From a virus, in the IMG/VR virus record IMGVR_UViG_3300045988_103986, positions 1 through 64,000 of that record: a stretch of 64,000 nt of DNA; one strand, given 5' to 3'. Positions 35,396-42,919 of this stretch are shown one piece after another. The notes beneath the pieces are model-generated. The model had not been told where the DNA came from, did no database searches, and worked only from the letters and a program-made list of their open reading frames with translations. The position numbers and the translations under genes are program-made. Position 1 is the stretch's first letter; the number at the start of each line of letters is the position of its first letter.

Positions 35396-36223
35396 ATGAG
35401 CTATTTAGAAACGATCAACAACACCAATATCGCAATCAAAGAGTATCAGGGGCAGCGCGTCGTCACGTTCAAGGATGTTGACACAGTGCATGGAAGACCG
35501 GATGGAACCGCGCGGAAGCGTTTCAATGACAACCGTGAACACTTCATCGAAGGCGAAGATTTCTTCAAAGTTAAGTGTTCTGAGGTGCGTCCGTTTTTCG
35601 GACAGACCCCGCCGAACGGTTTTAACCCCGATGCAGACATTGTTCTCGTGACTGAATCTGGCTACCTCATGCTTTCGAAGTCCTTTACAGACGATAAAGC
35701 TTGGCAGGTACAGCGGCAGCTTGTGAAGGGTTACTTCCGGGCAAAAGAAGCCGTGCAGCTCTCCCCTGCCGAACAGCTGCTTGCGCAGGCGCAGCTCATG
35801 GTCGAGCAGGAGCGTCGGATCAAGGCTCTGGAAGCCAGTAACGCCGAAAACGCACGGGCAATGGAGACGGTCAAAGACGCCATCGACATCATGGTAGCGC
35901 CGCCCGTAACGGCTGGCAACTGGCAGAGCCAGATGAACCGGAACGTCCGCGCATTCTGTATGCAGACGGGCCTCGACTTCCACGAAACGTTCAGACAGCT
36001 TTATGCGGAACTGGAAGTATCGGCCGGTGTCAAGCTTGGTGTCCGCGTTAAGTTCGCACGCCAGCGTCTGCAGGTCAACGGCGCAACACAGACCGAGATC
36101 GCGGCCGTCTCAAAACTCAGCATTGTCGCGCAGGACAAGAAACTGCGAGAGATTTTCAACAGCCTGTACAACCGTATGGTTGCCAGATACACAATCAATA
36201 CGGACAGAACACAGAATCGTTAA
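35396..36223 (+). CDS. ORF6N-domain antirepressor-like protein
   Basis: IKEYQGQRVVTFKDVDTVHGRPDGTARKRFNDNREHFIEGEDFFKV. Confidence 0.75.
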   Translation: MSYLETINNTNIAIKEYQGQRVVTFKDVDTVHGRPDGTARKRFNDNREHFIEGEDFFKVKCSEVRPFFGQTPPNGFNPDADIVLVTESGYLMLSKSFTDDKAWQVQRQLVKGYFRAKEAVQLSPAEQLLAQAQLMVEQERRIKALEASNAENARAMETVKDAIDIMVAPPVTAGNWQSQMNRNVRAFCMQTGLDFHETFRQLYAELEVSAGVKLGVRVKFARQRLQVNGATQTEIAAVSKLSIVAQDKKLREIFNSLYNRMVARYTINTDRTQNR

Positions 36224-36236
36224 AGGAGGTAAAAAC

Positions 36237-36800
36237 ATGGCAGAAAGACGCATGTTTGCAAAATGCGTTGTTCAATCCGCACAGTTTCTGAAAATGCCGG
36301 TCGCGGCCCGGCTTTTGTATTACGACCTTGGCATGGCCGCTGATGACGATGGCGTCGTCGAAGCATTCACCGTACTTCGTACAACGGGCGCGTCCAAAGA
36401 CGATTTGATGACCCTCGCAAGCAAGAAATTCGTTCAGGTCATAAACGATGATCTAGTTACGGTCATCCTTGACTGGAAACGAAACAACCAAATCCGTAAA
36501 GATCGATACCGCCCTAGCATTTACCGAGACCTGCTTTCTTCGCTTGGAGCGGTCGTAGAGGAGTCAGTTGTAACAGAGGAAAACGAAGAACGAGAGAAAA
36601 CAGAAAAATGCCCATTCTGCGGTGGTGACGCATATTTGCATTTTGCGCAAAGCCGTTATCTCTTCGTCAAATGCGACGTCTGTGGCGCAACCGGAAAATC
36701 GTATTATCAGAACCTGACAACAGAAGAAATGGACACCGGCGAATGGGTGAAGACAACAGCCGCTGTCAGTGCAGTTCGCGCTTGGAATCGGAGGAACTGA
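36237..36800 (+). CDS. second replisome-organizer N-domain protein fused to a Lar-like zinc ribbon
   Basis: MAERRMFAKCVVQSAQFLKMPVAARLLYYDLGMAADDDGVV...DWKRNNQIRKDRY, then CPFCGGDAYL...CDVCG. Confidence 0.75.
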   Translation: MAERRMFAKCVVQSAQFLKMPVAARLLYYDLGMAADDDGVVEAFTVLRTTGASKDDLMTLASKKFVQVINDDLVTVILDWKRNNQIRKDRYRPSIYRDLLSSLGAVVEESVVTEENEEREKTEKCPFCGGDAYLHFAQSRYLFVKCDVCGATGKSYYQNLTTEEMDTGEWVKTTAAVSAVRAWNRRN

Positions 36801-36801
36801 A

Positions 36802-37746
36802 ATGGAAGAAGAGAAGAAAGCATTTTTGCTTTACCATGAGGGTATCGACGATATCCTCACCCTTCCAAGGGAAAGCGCCGGTGCAGTCATTCAGGCGATT
36901 TACGTCTACGTGAACACCGGCGCACTGCCGAAAGACTTTACCCCGCTTGAAGAAATGGTTTTCCGGCATATGCGTCAAGGGATAGACCGCAATGCGGAGA
37001 AGTGGGAGCGCGAACGAAAGAAGCGGCAGGACAGAGCCAGAAACGCGGCCAACGCCAAGTGGAAGAAGTTCGCAGAGGAACACGGGACAACCACTGACGA
37101 ACTGCAGCGCCTTATGGACACAGCTGCTAAAGCATGCAATAGCATGCAACCGCAGAATGAACCATGCTATAGCATACCAGAGCATAACAATGAATGCGCA
37201 AGCACGCCAAAGCAGGATATTTTATGCCAAAGCATGCACGAGCAGATTAAGCATAACACAGAAAAAAATAATTCTGCTAATAAAGTAAATGTAAGTGTAA
37301 ATGTACCTGTAAGTGTAAGTGGTAATGGTAGTGTACCTGTTAGTGGTAGTGTACCTGTAAGTGTAAGTGCCAATGATCCTGTACCTGTTAAAGAAGAAGT
37401 GGGAGTGGAAAAGGGAAAGGAAGAGGGTGCAGGGGGAAACCATTGGGAAGAACCGCGTCCTTCGCGTGCTGCGCCGATGTTGCGTATGAACGCCGTGATC
37501 GTACCTGACGAACCGCCGAAGTCGAAGGACGGGTTGGTTTTTGGAAGCGAAGATTATATCCGGATATTTAACGAAGAGTCCGACCGGTTTGCTCTGCCGG
37601 GAGAGAAGCCGCGCTATTTTGCCGACTTGACCGGTCCAATGCTGGTCAACCTCGAACGCTGCGAGCAATCCAGGCTGCAGAGTGGCCGTCCGAAGGAACG
37701 GTCTTCCCTTGTGAGAGATGAACTGATCGCACATGGTTTTTGGTGA
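36802..37746 (+). CDS. DUF6291-like protein with a low-complexity V/S/P/N repeat
   Basis: FLLYHEGIDDILTLPRESAGAVIQAIYVYV...RNAEKWERERKKRQDRARNAANAKW. A GTAAGTGTA/GTACCTGT DNA repeat at 37290-37390 encodes VNVSVNVPVSVSGNGSVPVSGSVPVSVS. Confidence 0.6.
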   Translation: MEEEKKAFLLYHEGIDDILTLPRESAGAVIQAIYVYVNTGALPKDFTPLEEMVFRHMRQGIDRNAEKWERERKKRQDRARNAANAKWKKFAEEHGTTTDELQRLMDTAAKACNSMQPQNEPCYSIPEHNNECASTPKQDILCQSMHEQIKHNTEKNNSANKVNVSVNVPVSVSGNGSVPVSGSVPVSVSANDPVPVKEEVGVEKGKEEGAGGNHWEEPRPSRAAPMLRMNAVIVPDEPPKSKDGLVFGSEDYIRIFNEESDRFALPGEKPRYFADLTGPMLVNLERCEQSRLQSGRPKERSSLVRDELIAHGFW

Positions 37747-37763
37747 GAAGGAGGTTTTGCGCC

Positions 37764-38135
37764 ATGAACAACAATGAAATTCAGAAGGAGTTGTCCCGTC
37801 TGACGAAGCGCTATGCAGATGTCGGGGCCACAGAAGAAAAAGTCCTTGAACTGTTCGAGGCAATGAAAATCCGTTTCGCTGGTCGAGGCGACGAAGCTGC
37901 CGTGCTGGGTGTCCGTATGTCGCTGGGCGAGTATTTCCACCGGGAGGAAATTTTCTCCCTCGATGATGTCTGCTGCATGGTCGCACGACCGAAAGAGGAA
38001 GTCATTGCACACATAATCGCGATGGGGCCAGAGGTCATGCGCAGGCACATTGTCACCGTAGAGCCGTCGCCATATTTGGTCGAATACCTCAAGCGAAAGC
38101 ACGAACGCGAAAACCGGCAGGACGGCCAGCAATGA
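37764..38135 (+). CDS. hypothetical protein, 123 aa
   Basis: Start MNNNEIQKE behind AAGGAGG. Confidence 0.6.
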   Translation: MNNNEIQKELSRLTKRYADVGATEEKVLELFEAMKIRFAGRGDEAAVLGVRMSLGEYFHREEIFSLDDVCCMVARPKEEVIAHIIAMGPEVMRRHIVTVEPSPYLVEYLKRKHERENRQDGQQ

Positions 38136-38160
38136 TGTTTCCAAAAAGTGCAGAACCCGT

Positions 38161-38193
38161 GGGACAAATTTGGATTTTGTGTAGAAACACAAA
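38161..38193 (+). promoter_or_regulatory. cassette box pair P11 (no gene directly downstream; followed by hairpin GCCAC..GTGGC)
   Basis: GGGACAAAT ttggattttgt GTAGAAACACAAATAGG. Confidence 0.45.
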
Positions 38194-38251
38194 TAGGGGC
38201 CACACCGCCAAGTGGCTTTGAAAAAACTCTCCCAGACCTTAATCTTCCCTA

Positions 38252-38280
38252 TTGACTTTTGGGGCTACATGAATTATATT
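38252..38280 (+). promoter_or_regulatory. canonical sigma-A promoter overlapping an inverted repeat (operator-like)
   Basis: TTGACT - 17 nt - TATATT; CATGAAT tatattgt ATTCATG spans the -10. Confidence 0.65.
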
Positions 38281-38313
38281 GTATTCATGGGCTACAAGAA
38301 GTGAGGTGAAAAC

Positions 38314-38481
38314 ATGAGTCCACGCACTGGACGCCCGAAATCAGAGAATCCCAAATCAAACCCGCTTCACGTCCGTTTGGACGATAAGACGCTGAAAGTT
38401 CTTGACGATTACTGCGAAAGAACCGGCAAGAAGCGCACAGAAGCCATTCGGGACGGGATTCTCTTATTGGAAGGTAAATAA
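38314..38481 (+). CDS. ribbon-helix-helix (CopG-like) protein, 55 aa (below ORF-track cutoff)
   Basis: My own translation: MSPRTGRPKSENPKSNPLHVRLDDKTLKVLDDYCERTGKKRTEAIRDGILLLEGK; GAGGTG RBS. Confidence 0.65.
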   Translation: MSPRTGRPKSENPKSNPLHVRLDDKTLKVLDDYCERTGKKRTEAIRDGILLLEGK

Positions 38482-38656
38482 GAATCCCCCACGCTGTTCG
38501 ATCTTGGCGGACTGACAGCATGAGGGATGGTGTCCACATCTTGCGGAAGATGGGGAGCGTAAATATATTACTACGCTCCCCGGAAAAGGTCAACCTTTTT
38601 GCGGGGATTTTTCTGTACATATGGAGAAATCCAGGAAAAGTAAAAGGAGAAATTTT

Positions 38657-39382
38657 ATGAATGAATTGGCGAAAATTATTCCCATCAACACCGAAAACCC
38701 CGAACGAATCACGGTCTTTGCCCGTGACCTGCACGCATTCTTGGAAGTCGATACGCGCTTCAATGACTGGTTTCCCAGAATGTGCGAATTTGGTTTTGAA
38801 GAGGGAAAAGACTTTTACTCATTTTTGAGTAAAACCCAAAACGGCGGTAGACCGTCCAGAGACGCAGAACTCACTATTGATATGGCAAAAGAAATCTGCA
38901 TGTTGCAGCGCAACGAAAAGGGCAAAATCGCGCGCCGCTATTTCGTCGAACTTGAAAAGGCGTGGAACAGTCCGGAGAAGGTCATGGCGCGGGCTTTGCA
39001 GATTGCAAACAATCAGGTAAAGCAGTTACAGGCGAAAATCGAAGCCGACGCGCCCGCCGTGTTCTTCGCCGAAGCCGTAACTGGCGCGGACACAAACATC
39101 CTCATCCGTGATATGGCGAAACTGCTTGCGCAAAACGGCGCAGACATTGGTGGGAACCGTCTGTTCGAGGTTTTGCGCCGGGATGGATATCTCATCAAGT
39201 CGGGCAGCGATTACAACATGCCCACGCAAAAGGCCATGGAACTCGGCCTGTTCTTCGTAAAGGAAACGCCGCGCATTGCCAAGGAAGGAGCCGTCATTGA
39301 TCGGACGACCAAGGTAACACCGAAAGGCCAGAAATATTTTATCAACAGATACGCGCCGAAGAAAGCGCTATTGGAAAATTGA
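38657..39382 (+). CDS. AntA/KilAC-type phage antirepressor
   Basis: VFARDLHAFLEVDTRFNDWFPRMCEFGFEEGKDF...TIDMAKEICMLQRNEKGKIARRYF (AntA), then IRDMAKLLAQNGADIGGNRLFEVLR...MELGLF (KilAC). Confidence 0.85.
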   Translation: MNELAKIIPINTENPERITVFARDLHAFLEVDTRFNDWFPRMCEFGFEEGKDFYSFLSKTQNGGRPSRDAELTIDMAKEICMLQRNEKGKIARRYFVELEKAWNSPEKVMARALQIANNQVKQLQAKIEADAPAVFFAEAVTGADTNILIRDMAKLLAQNGADIGGNRLFEVLRRDGYLIKSGSDYNMPTQKAMELGLFFVKETPRIAKEGAVIDRTTKVTPKGQKYFINRYAPKKALLEN

Positions 39383-39404
39383 AAAACGAAAAGGAGAAGC
39401 AAGA

Positions 39405-39611
39405 ATGAATATCAAAGAAATCTATGAGCACACACAGAATGTCGACGGCTGGATTCTCGGCATTGATGGCAGCGCAAGCCCGGTGGATCTGAGCAATCCG
39501 GCAATCATGGCCGGTGTCGGGAAATTCCATGTGAAGACGATCTATCCGGAATTCGACGACGGCAAAATCATCGTCGAGCTGGACGTTGCCACCACGGTTG
39601 AGACCGATTAA
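39405..39611 (+). CDS. hypothetical protein, 68 aa
   Basis: AAGGAG RBS. Confidence 0.55.
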   Translation: MNIKEIYEHTQNVDGWILGIDGSASPVDLSNPAIMAGVGKFHVKTIYPEFDDGKIIVELDVATTVETD

Positions 39612-39728
39612 AAAATATTTTTTCGGCTTCCTCGCGGCACTTCGGCTGCGACAACTCCAAATATTCTTCGACAAGTTCCGAATTTTCCTTCTCTTTTGGA
39701 GATATCTGAACTTCTTCGACAGTTTTTA

Positions 39729-39773
39729 TATGACCTAAATCATTTGGAGGCATGAGTATGCTGAAAATAGAGG
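39729..39773 (+). promoter_or_regulatory. module-start element, copy 4
   Basis: TATGACCTAAATCATTTGGAGGCATGAGTATGCTGAAAATAGAGG followed by a CAA-rich leader. Confidence 0.55.
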
Positions 39774-39831
39774 CAGGTAACAAACGAAGCCAAGCAAACA
39801 AGCAAACAAACAACAACAGGAGGAAAAAGCA

Positions 39832-40191
39832 ATGACAAAAACCGAATGCGCAGTCTATGATCTGCTCAAGGAAATCGGCGTACCGACTCACAAAAAAGGC
39901 TACGCCTACATTCAGGAGGCAGTCACCAACAAGTACGATGGCAAGTACGAAGACTTCTCCATCACCGGGCCGAAAGGCATCTATTGCGACGTCGCAAAGA
40001 AGTTCAGGACTGAGGCCAGCCGGGTGGAACGTGACATTAGATCGGCTATCGATTACGCGTTCAACTACGGAGATCCCAAAGTGCTGTACGGCATCTTCGG
40101 AAACTCCATCGCTCCCGGAAAGGGAAAGCCAACAAACGCCATGTTTATCTTCCAGTGCGCAAAGGAACTTGAGCGGCGAAAGTCGGCTTGA
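39832..40191 (+). CDS. stand-alone Spo0A C-terminal (DNA-binding) domain homologue
   Basis: LLKEIGVPTHKKGYAYIQEAV / IYCDVAKKFRTEASRVERDIRSAIDYAF / KPTNAMFIFQCAKEL align with B. subtilis Spo0A [21 protein letters not shown] / [28 protein letters not shown] / KPTNSEFIAMVADKL (from memory). Confidence 0.85.
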   Translation: MTKTECAVYDLLKEIGVPTHKKGYAYIQEAVTNKYDGKYEDFSITGPKGIYCDVAKKFRTEASRVERDIRSAIDYAFNYGDPKVLYGIFGNSIAPGKGKPTNAMFIFQCAKELERRKSA

Positions 40192-40212
40192 CAGAAAATC
40201 CCCGCAGGCAGC

Positions 40213-40245
40213 GGGACAAATGCAAAAACTCGGTAGAACAAAAAG
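40213..40245 (+). promoter_or_regulatory. cassette box pair P12
   Basis: GGGACAAAT gcaaaaactcg GTAGAACAAAAAGTGCAAAG. Confidence 0.5.
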
Positions 40246-40291
40246 TGCAAAGCAAATGCAAAATCAAAATCAGAAAAGGAGATCAGCCACA

Positions 40292-40528
40292 ATGAAGAAA
40301 GAAAAATGCGCCGCTCTGGTCTATGTCCCGGAGCTCACCCCGGAAGATGTTTTCAGCCACCTTGTGTGTCACCACGCAGACGTTGTACGCGCCAGAAACG
40401 CGCAGCGGGCCTACAAGCGCCAGGTTGAACGCAAACACCGCTGTATTGCCTCTATTGTGATCGTCGTGTCCTCGCTCGCTACGGCCGCCACGCTGCTCAT
40501 CACGAGTGGTGCCATTCACTTCCTGTGA
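40292..40528 (+). CDS. C-terminally membrane-anchored protein, 78 aa
   Basis: MKKEKCAALVYVPE...IASIVIVVSSLATAATLLITSGAIHFL; AAGGAG RBS. Confidence 0.5.
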   Translation: MKKEKCAALVYVPELTPEDVFSHLVCHHADVVRARNAQRAYKRQVERKHRCIASIVIVVSSLATAATLLITSGAIHFL

Positions 40529-40541
40529 TTGGAGGCCGCGC

Positions 40542-40709
40542 GTGTACAAGTTGTATGACAGTTATCCGGACTTCCCTGCCCTCGTCGGCACGTTTGAAAG
40601 CGTCGACGAGGCGCGGGAAGCCGCACGGAAGCTAGACGAAGCAACGGGCGGGAAATTCTTCCCGAGACTCGTCAAGGATGGAAAGGTCATTCAAGATTGG
40701 GGGTATTGA
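40542..40709 (+). CDS. hypothetical protein, 55 aa (GTG start)
   Basis: GGAGG 6 nt upstream of the GTG; start uncertain. Confidence 0.4.
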   Translation: MYKLYDSYPDFPALVGTFESVDEAREAARKLDEATGGKFFPRLVKDGKVIQDWGY

Positions 40710-40712
40710 GGA

Positions 40713-40958
40713 ATGACGTATGCGACACTGGAAATCATCGCCTCTCTTCTTGAGAAGGAGAAGAACATCCGGGAAAAGGAATGCGAGCTCCTGCGCGAGA
40801 AGCTGAATTCTGCGCGCGGCAAAGCGGAAGACGCGCCAGAAGATGACGAACTCTCTCATGTAGCAGAGTTCGCCCGAGCATTGTACGAAAAGGCCAGAAA
40901 GAGGCTTCTCAACCATGAACGCGCTTATGAGGACTTCCTTGAGCATGATTTTCGATAG
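40713..40958 (+). CDS. hypothetical helical protein, 81 aa
   Basis: ORF abutting the previous stop. Confidence 0.5.
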   Translation: MTYATLEIIASLLEKEKNIREKECELLREKLNSARGKAEDAPEDDELSHVAEFARALYEKARKRLLNHERAYEDFLEHDFR

Positions 40959-40974
40959 GAAATTTATTTGGAAG

Positions 40975-41008
40975 TGGGACAAATCCATTTTTTCGGTAGA
41001 AACATAGG
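40975..41008 (+). promoter_or_regulatory. cassette box pair P13
   Basis: GGGACAAAT ccattttttcg GTAGAAACATAGGTGTAAG. Confidence 0.55.
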
Positions 41009-41043
41009 TGTAAGACAAAACACCATACAGGAGGCCAAAAACA

Positions 41044-41223
41044 ATGAAGAAAGTTGAGGAATTATGGAACGAGTTCGGCGATGTGCCGATGAACCCGGAA
41101 ACAGAGTGCATTGAGGAAACATGGAACGGGTTCCCAGCCGGAACAAATCGGGAGGAAATTTGGCACTGGTTCGAGGAAACATTCGACGTTCGCGTCGCTG
41201 ATCTGATGTACGGAGGTATCTGA
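41044..41223 (+). CDS. hypothetical acidic protein, 59 aa (below ORF-track cutoff)
   Basis: My own translation: MKKVEELWNEFGDVPMNPETECIEETWNGFPAGTNREEIWHWFEETFDVRVADLMYGGI; CAGGAGG RBS. Confidence 0.5.
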   Translation: MKKVEELWNEFGDVPMNPETECIEETWNGFPAGTNREEIWHWFEETFDVRVADLMYGGI

Positions 41224-41224
41224 A

Positions 41225-41815
41225 ATGGGACAGCGTTCACAGATCTATGTCCGCGCGTCCGGGCAGCTCATCGTTGCAAACTACTATCAATGTAACTATG
41301 CCGAGCGAATGATTTCGCGTGCTAGATACGGCATTGAGTGCATCGATTCGGTCAAGGACTACAGCCACTGGATTTTTCTCCGCGACGTGAACGTCGAACA
41401 TTTGCGCCGTATTCTGGACGTAAACTTCGACCTCAAGGACCACCAGACTTCGAGCAAGATCATCGAAGAATGGAAGGACGTTTTTCCAGACAAGCCTTTC
41501 AACGATGTCGTGTTCAACTGGCAAGACAATAACGACGGTCAGCTGTTCATCGACTTCACGAAAGACGGGAAGATCTCTTATGCGTTCCGGAAGACGGAAG
41601 ACATGACGTGCGAAAGCCCGATGTCTGCTGCCGAATACATGGAATGGGATCGTCGGAACTGGCTGGATTGCGAGTCCATGACGAAGGCTGAAAAAGCCAC
41701 CTGCCGCCGTAACATTGCAGCTATCGATAAGATGGCAAGACTTATGACCGCAGAGGAATTGAAAGAGTTCGTCCATCATGACTACGGGTACAAATCCGTT
41801 CAGGAGGCAGACTGA
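41225..41815 (+). CDS. hypothetical protein, 196 aa
   Basis: GGAGG RBS; coupled. Confidence 0.65.
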   Translation: MGQRSQIYVRASGQLIVANYYQCNYAERMISRARYGIECIDSVKDYSHWIFLRDVNVEHLRRILDVNFDLKDHQTSSKIIEEWKDVFPDKPFNDVVFNWQDNNDGQLFIDFTKDGKISYAFRKTEDMTCESPMSAAEYMEWDRRNWLDCESMTKAEKATCRRNIAAIDKMARLMTAEELKEFVHHDYGYKSVQEAD

Positions 41816-41816
41816 C

Positions 41817-42089
41817 ATGACCTTTAGAGATTTCTGTACAGGCTTCCGCGATTACTGGCCGAACTTCGTTGCAAAGCACTGGAACTTCTCACAGTGCAGA
41901 AACGGATACAGTGCCGGGTACACGCCGAAATATCCAGAAAAGACAGCAGCGGATTTCGACGTATTTTATAACACTTGCGACGGCTCATGGACACTCTACG
42001 CTGGAACAGCGTGCGTCCCGATTATAAGAAGGTTTGAATCCTTCGACAAACTTGCGAAGCAGGCTTGTGAACCCGCAAAATGCCCGTAA
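41817..42089 (+). CDS. hypothetical protein, 90 aa
   Basis: Start MTFRDFCTG 1 nt after the previous stop. Confidence 0.5.
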   Translation: MTFRDFCTGFRDYWPNFVAKHWNFSQCRNGYSAGYTPKYPEKTAADFDVFYNTCDGSWTLYAGTACVPIIRRFESFDKLAKQACEPAKCP

Positions 42090-42126
42090 GTTCCCGCAAG
42101 ATACCCGCAAAAAACGTAGATTTTCC

Positions 42127-42160
42127 GGGACAAATCCGGAATCCAGGTAGAACAGTAAAT
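42127..42160 (+). promoter_or_regulatory. cassette box pair P14
   Basis: TTCCGG GACAAA TCCGGAA tccag GTAGAACAGTAAATGTAAG (box 1 forms a hairpin loop). Confidence 0.5.
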
Positions 42161-42204
42161 GTAAGCAATCACACAACAACAATTATTTTATGGAGGTAAA
42201 AACA

Positions 42205-42909
42205 ATGGCAAAGGAAACCAAGGAAACCAAGGAAATCAGACGGTACATCAAGCTCACGTTTATCGAGCCGGTGCTGGGTACCTGGCCGAGCAACGAGAAT
42301 GTTGCGCGTGACTTTATCGCGTCCAAGGCCCCGGACGCAAGCACGATTGAGGATGAGGTCGCAGCGGTCGGCGTAGATGCCGTCGCAGACAAGGCAATGA
42401 CGATCTTCCCGCGTGTCGATGGTAAGCCCGTGTTCTATGATTATCAGATCAAGGGATTTTTCAAGGACACCTGCAGTGCCCTGGCTCGTGCGAAGTACAC
42501 GAAGTCCAGCACACTGAAAGCGTATAAGAAGGTCATCGACGGTATGATTTTCCCATTCCCTCGCGCGATTCCCATTGATGTCCATGGCGAAATTGGAGAG
42601 TGTCAGCGTCCGCTTCGTGCGCAGACCGCACAGGGCGAGCGTGTGAGCCTCGCAAACTCCGAGGAAATCCCGGCCAAAAGCACGATCAAGTTCGGCGTGA
42701 CACTCGCAGATCCTGCGCACGAGGCGTTGCTGAAAGAATGGCTGGACAACGGATTCTTCCGTGGCCTCGGTCAGTGGCGGAATTCTGGCAAGGGTCGCTT
42801 CGTCTACAAGATGCTCGATGAGGAAGGCAACAACCTCGGCGGAACGGAAGAAAAATTTGGTCGCATGACGGAGGAAGCGAACTTCTTCCCGGAGGAAAAG
42901 GCGGGCTGA
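42205..42909 (+). CDS. hypothetical protein, 234 aa, with RAMP-like motifs (speculative)
   Basis: GGAGG RBS. YDYQIKGFFKDTCSAL and the glycine loop GLGQWRNSGKGRF (G-h-G-x5-G-x-G) recall Cas7/Cas6 RAMPs. Acidic/aromatic tail. Confidence 0.7.
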   Translation: MAKETKETKEIRRYIKLTFIEPVLGTWPSNENVARDFIASKAPDASTIEDEVAAVGVDAVADKAMTIFPRVDGKPVFYDYQIKGFFKDTCSALARAKYTKSSTLKAYKKVIDGMIFPFPRAIPIDVHGEIGECQRPLRAQTAQGERVSLANSEEIPAKSTIKFGVTLADPAHEALLKEWLDNGFFRGLGQWRNSGKGRFVYKMLDEEGNNLGGTEEKFGRMTEEANFFPEEKAG

Positions 42910-42919
42910 TAGGCCCGCC

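Noticed and set aside
39857-40528. 223-aa plus-strand ORF
   Set aside because: It is out of frame across the Spo0A-C-like gene. Only its last 78 codons (40292-40528), which follow their own promoter boxes and RBS, look real.
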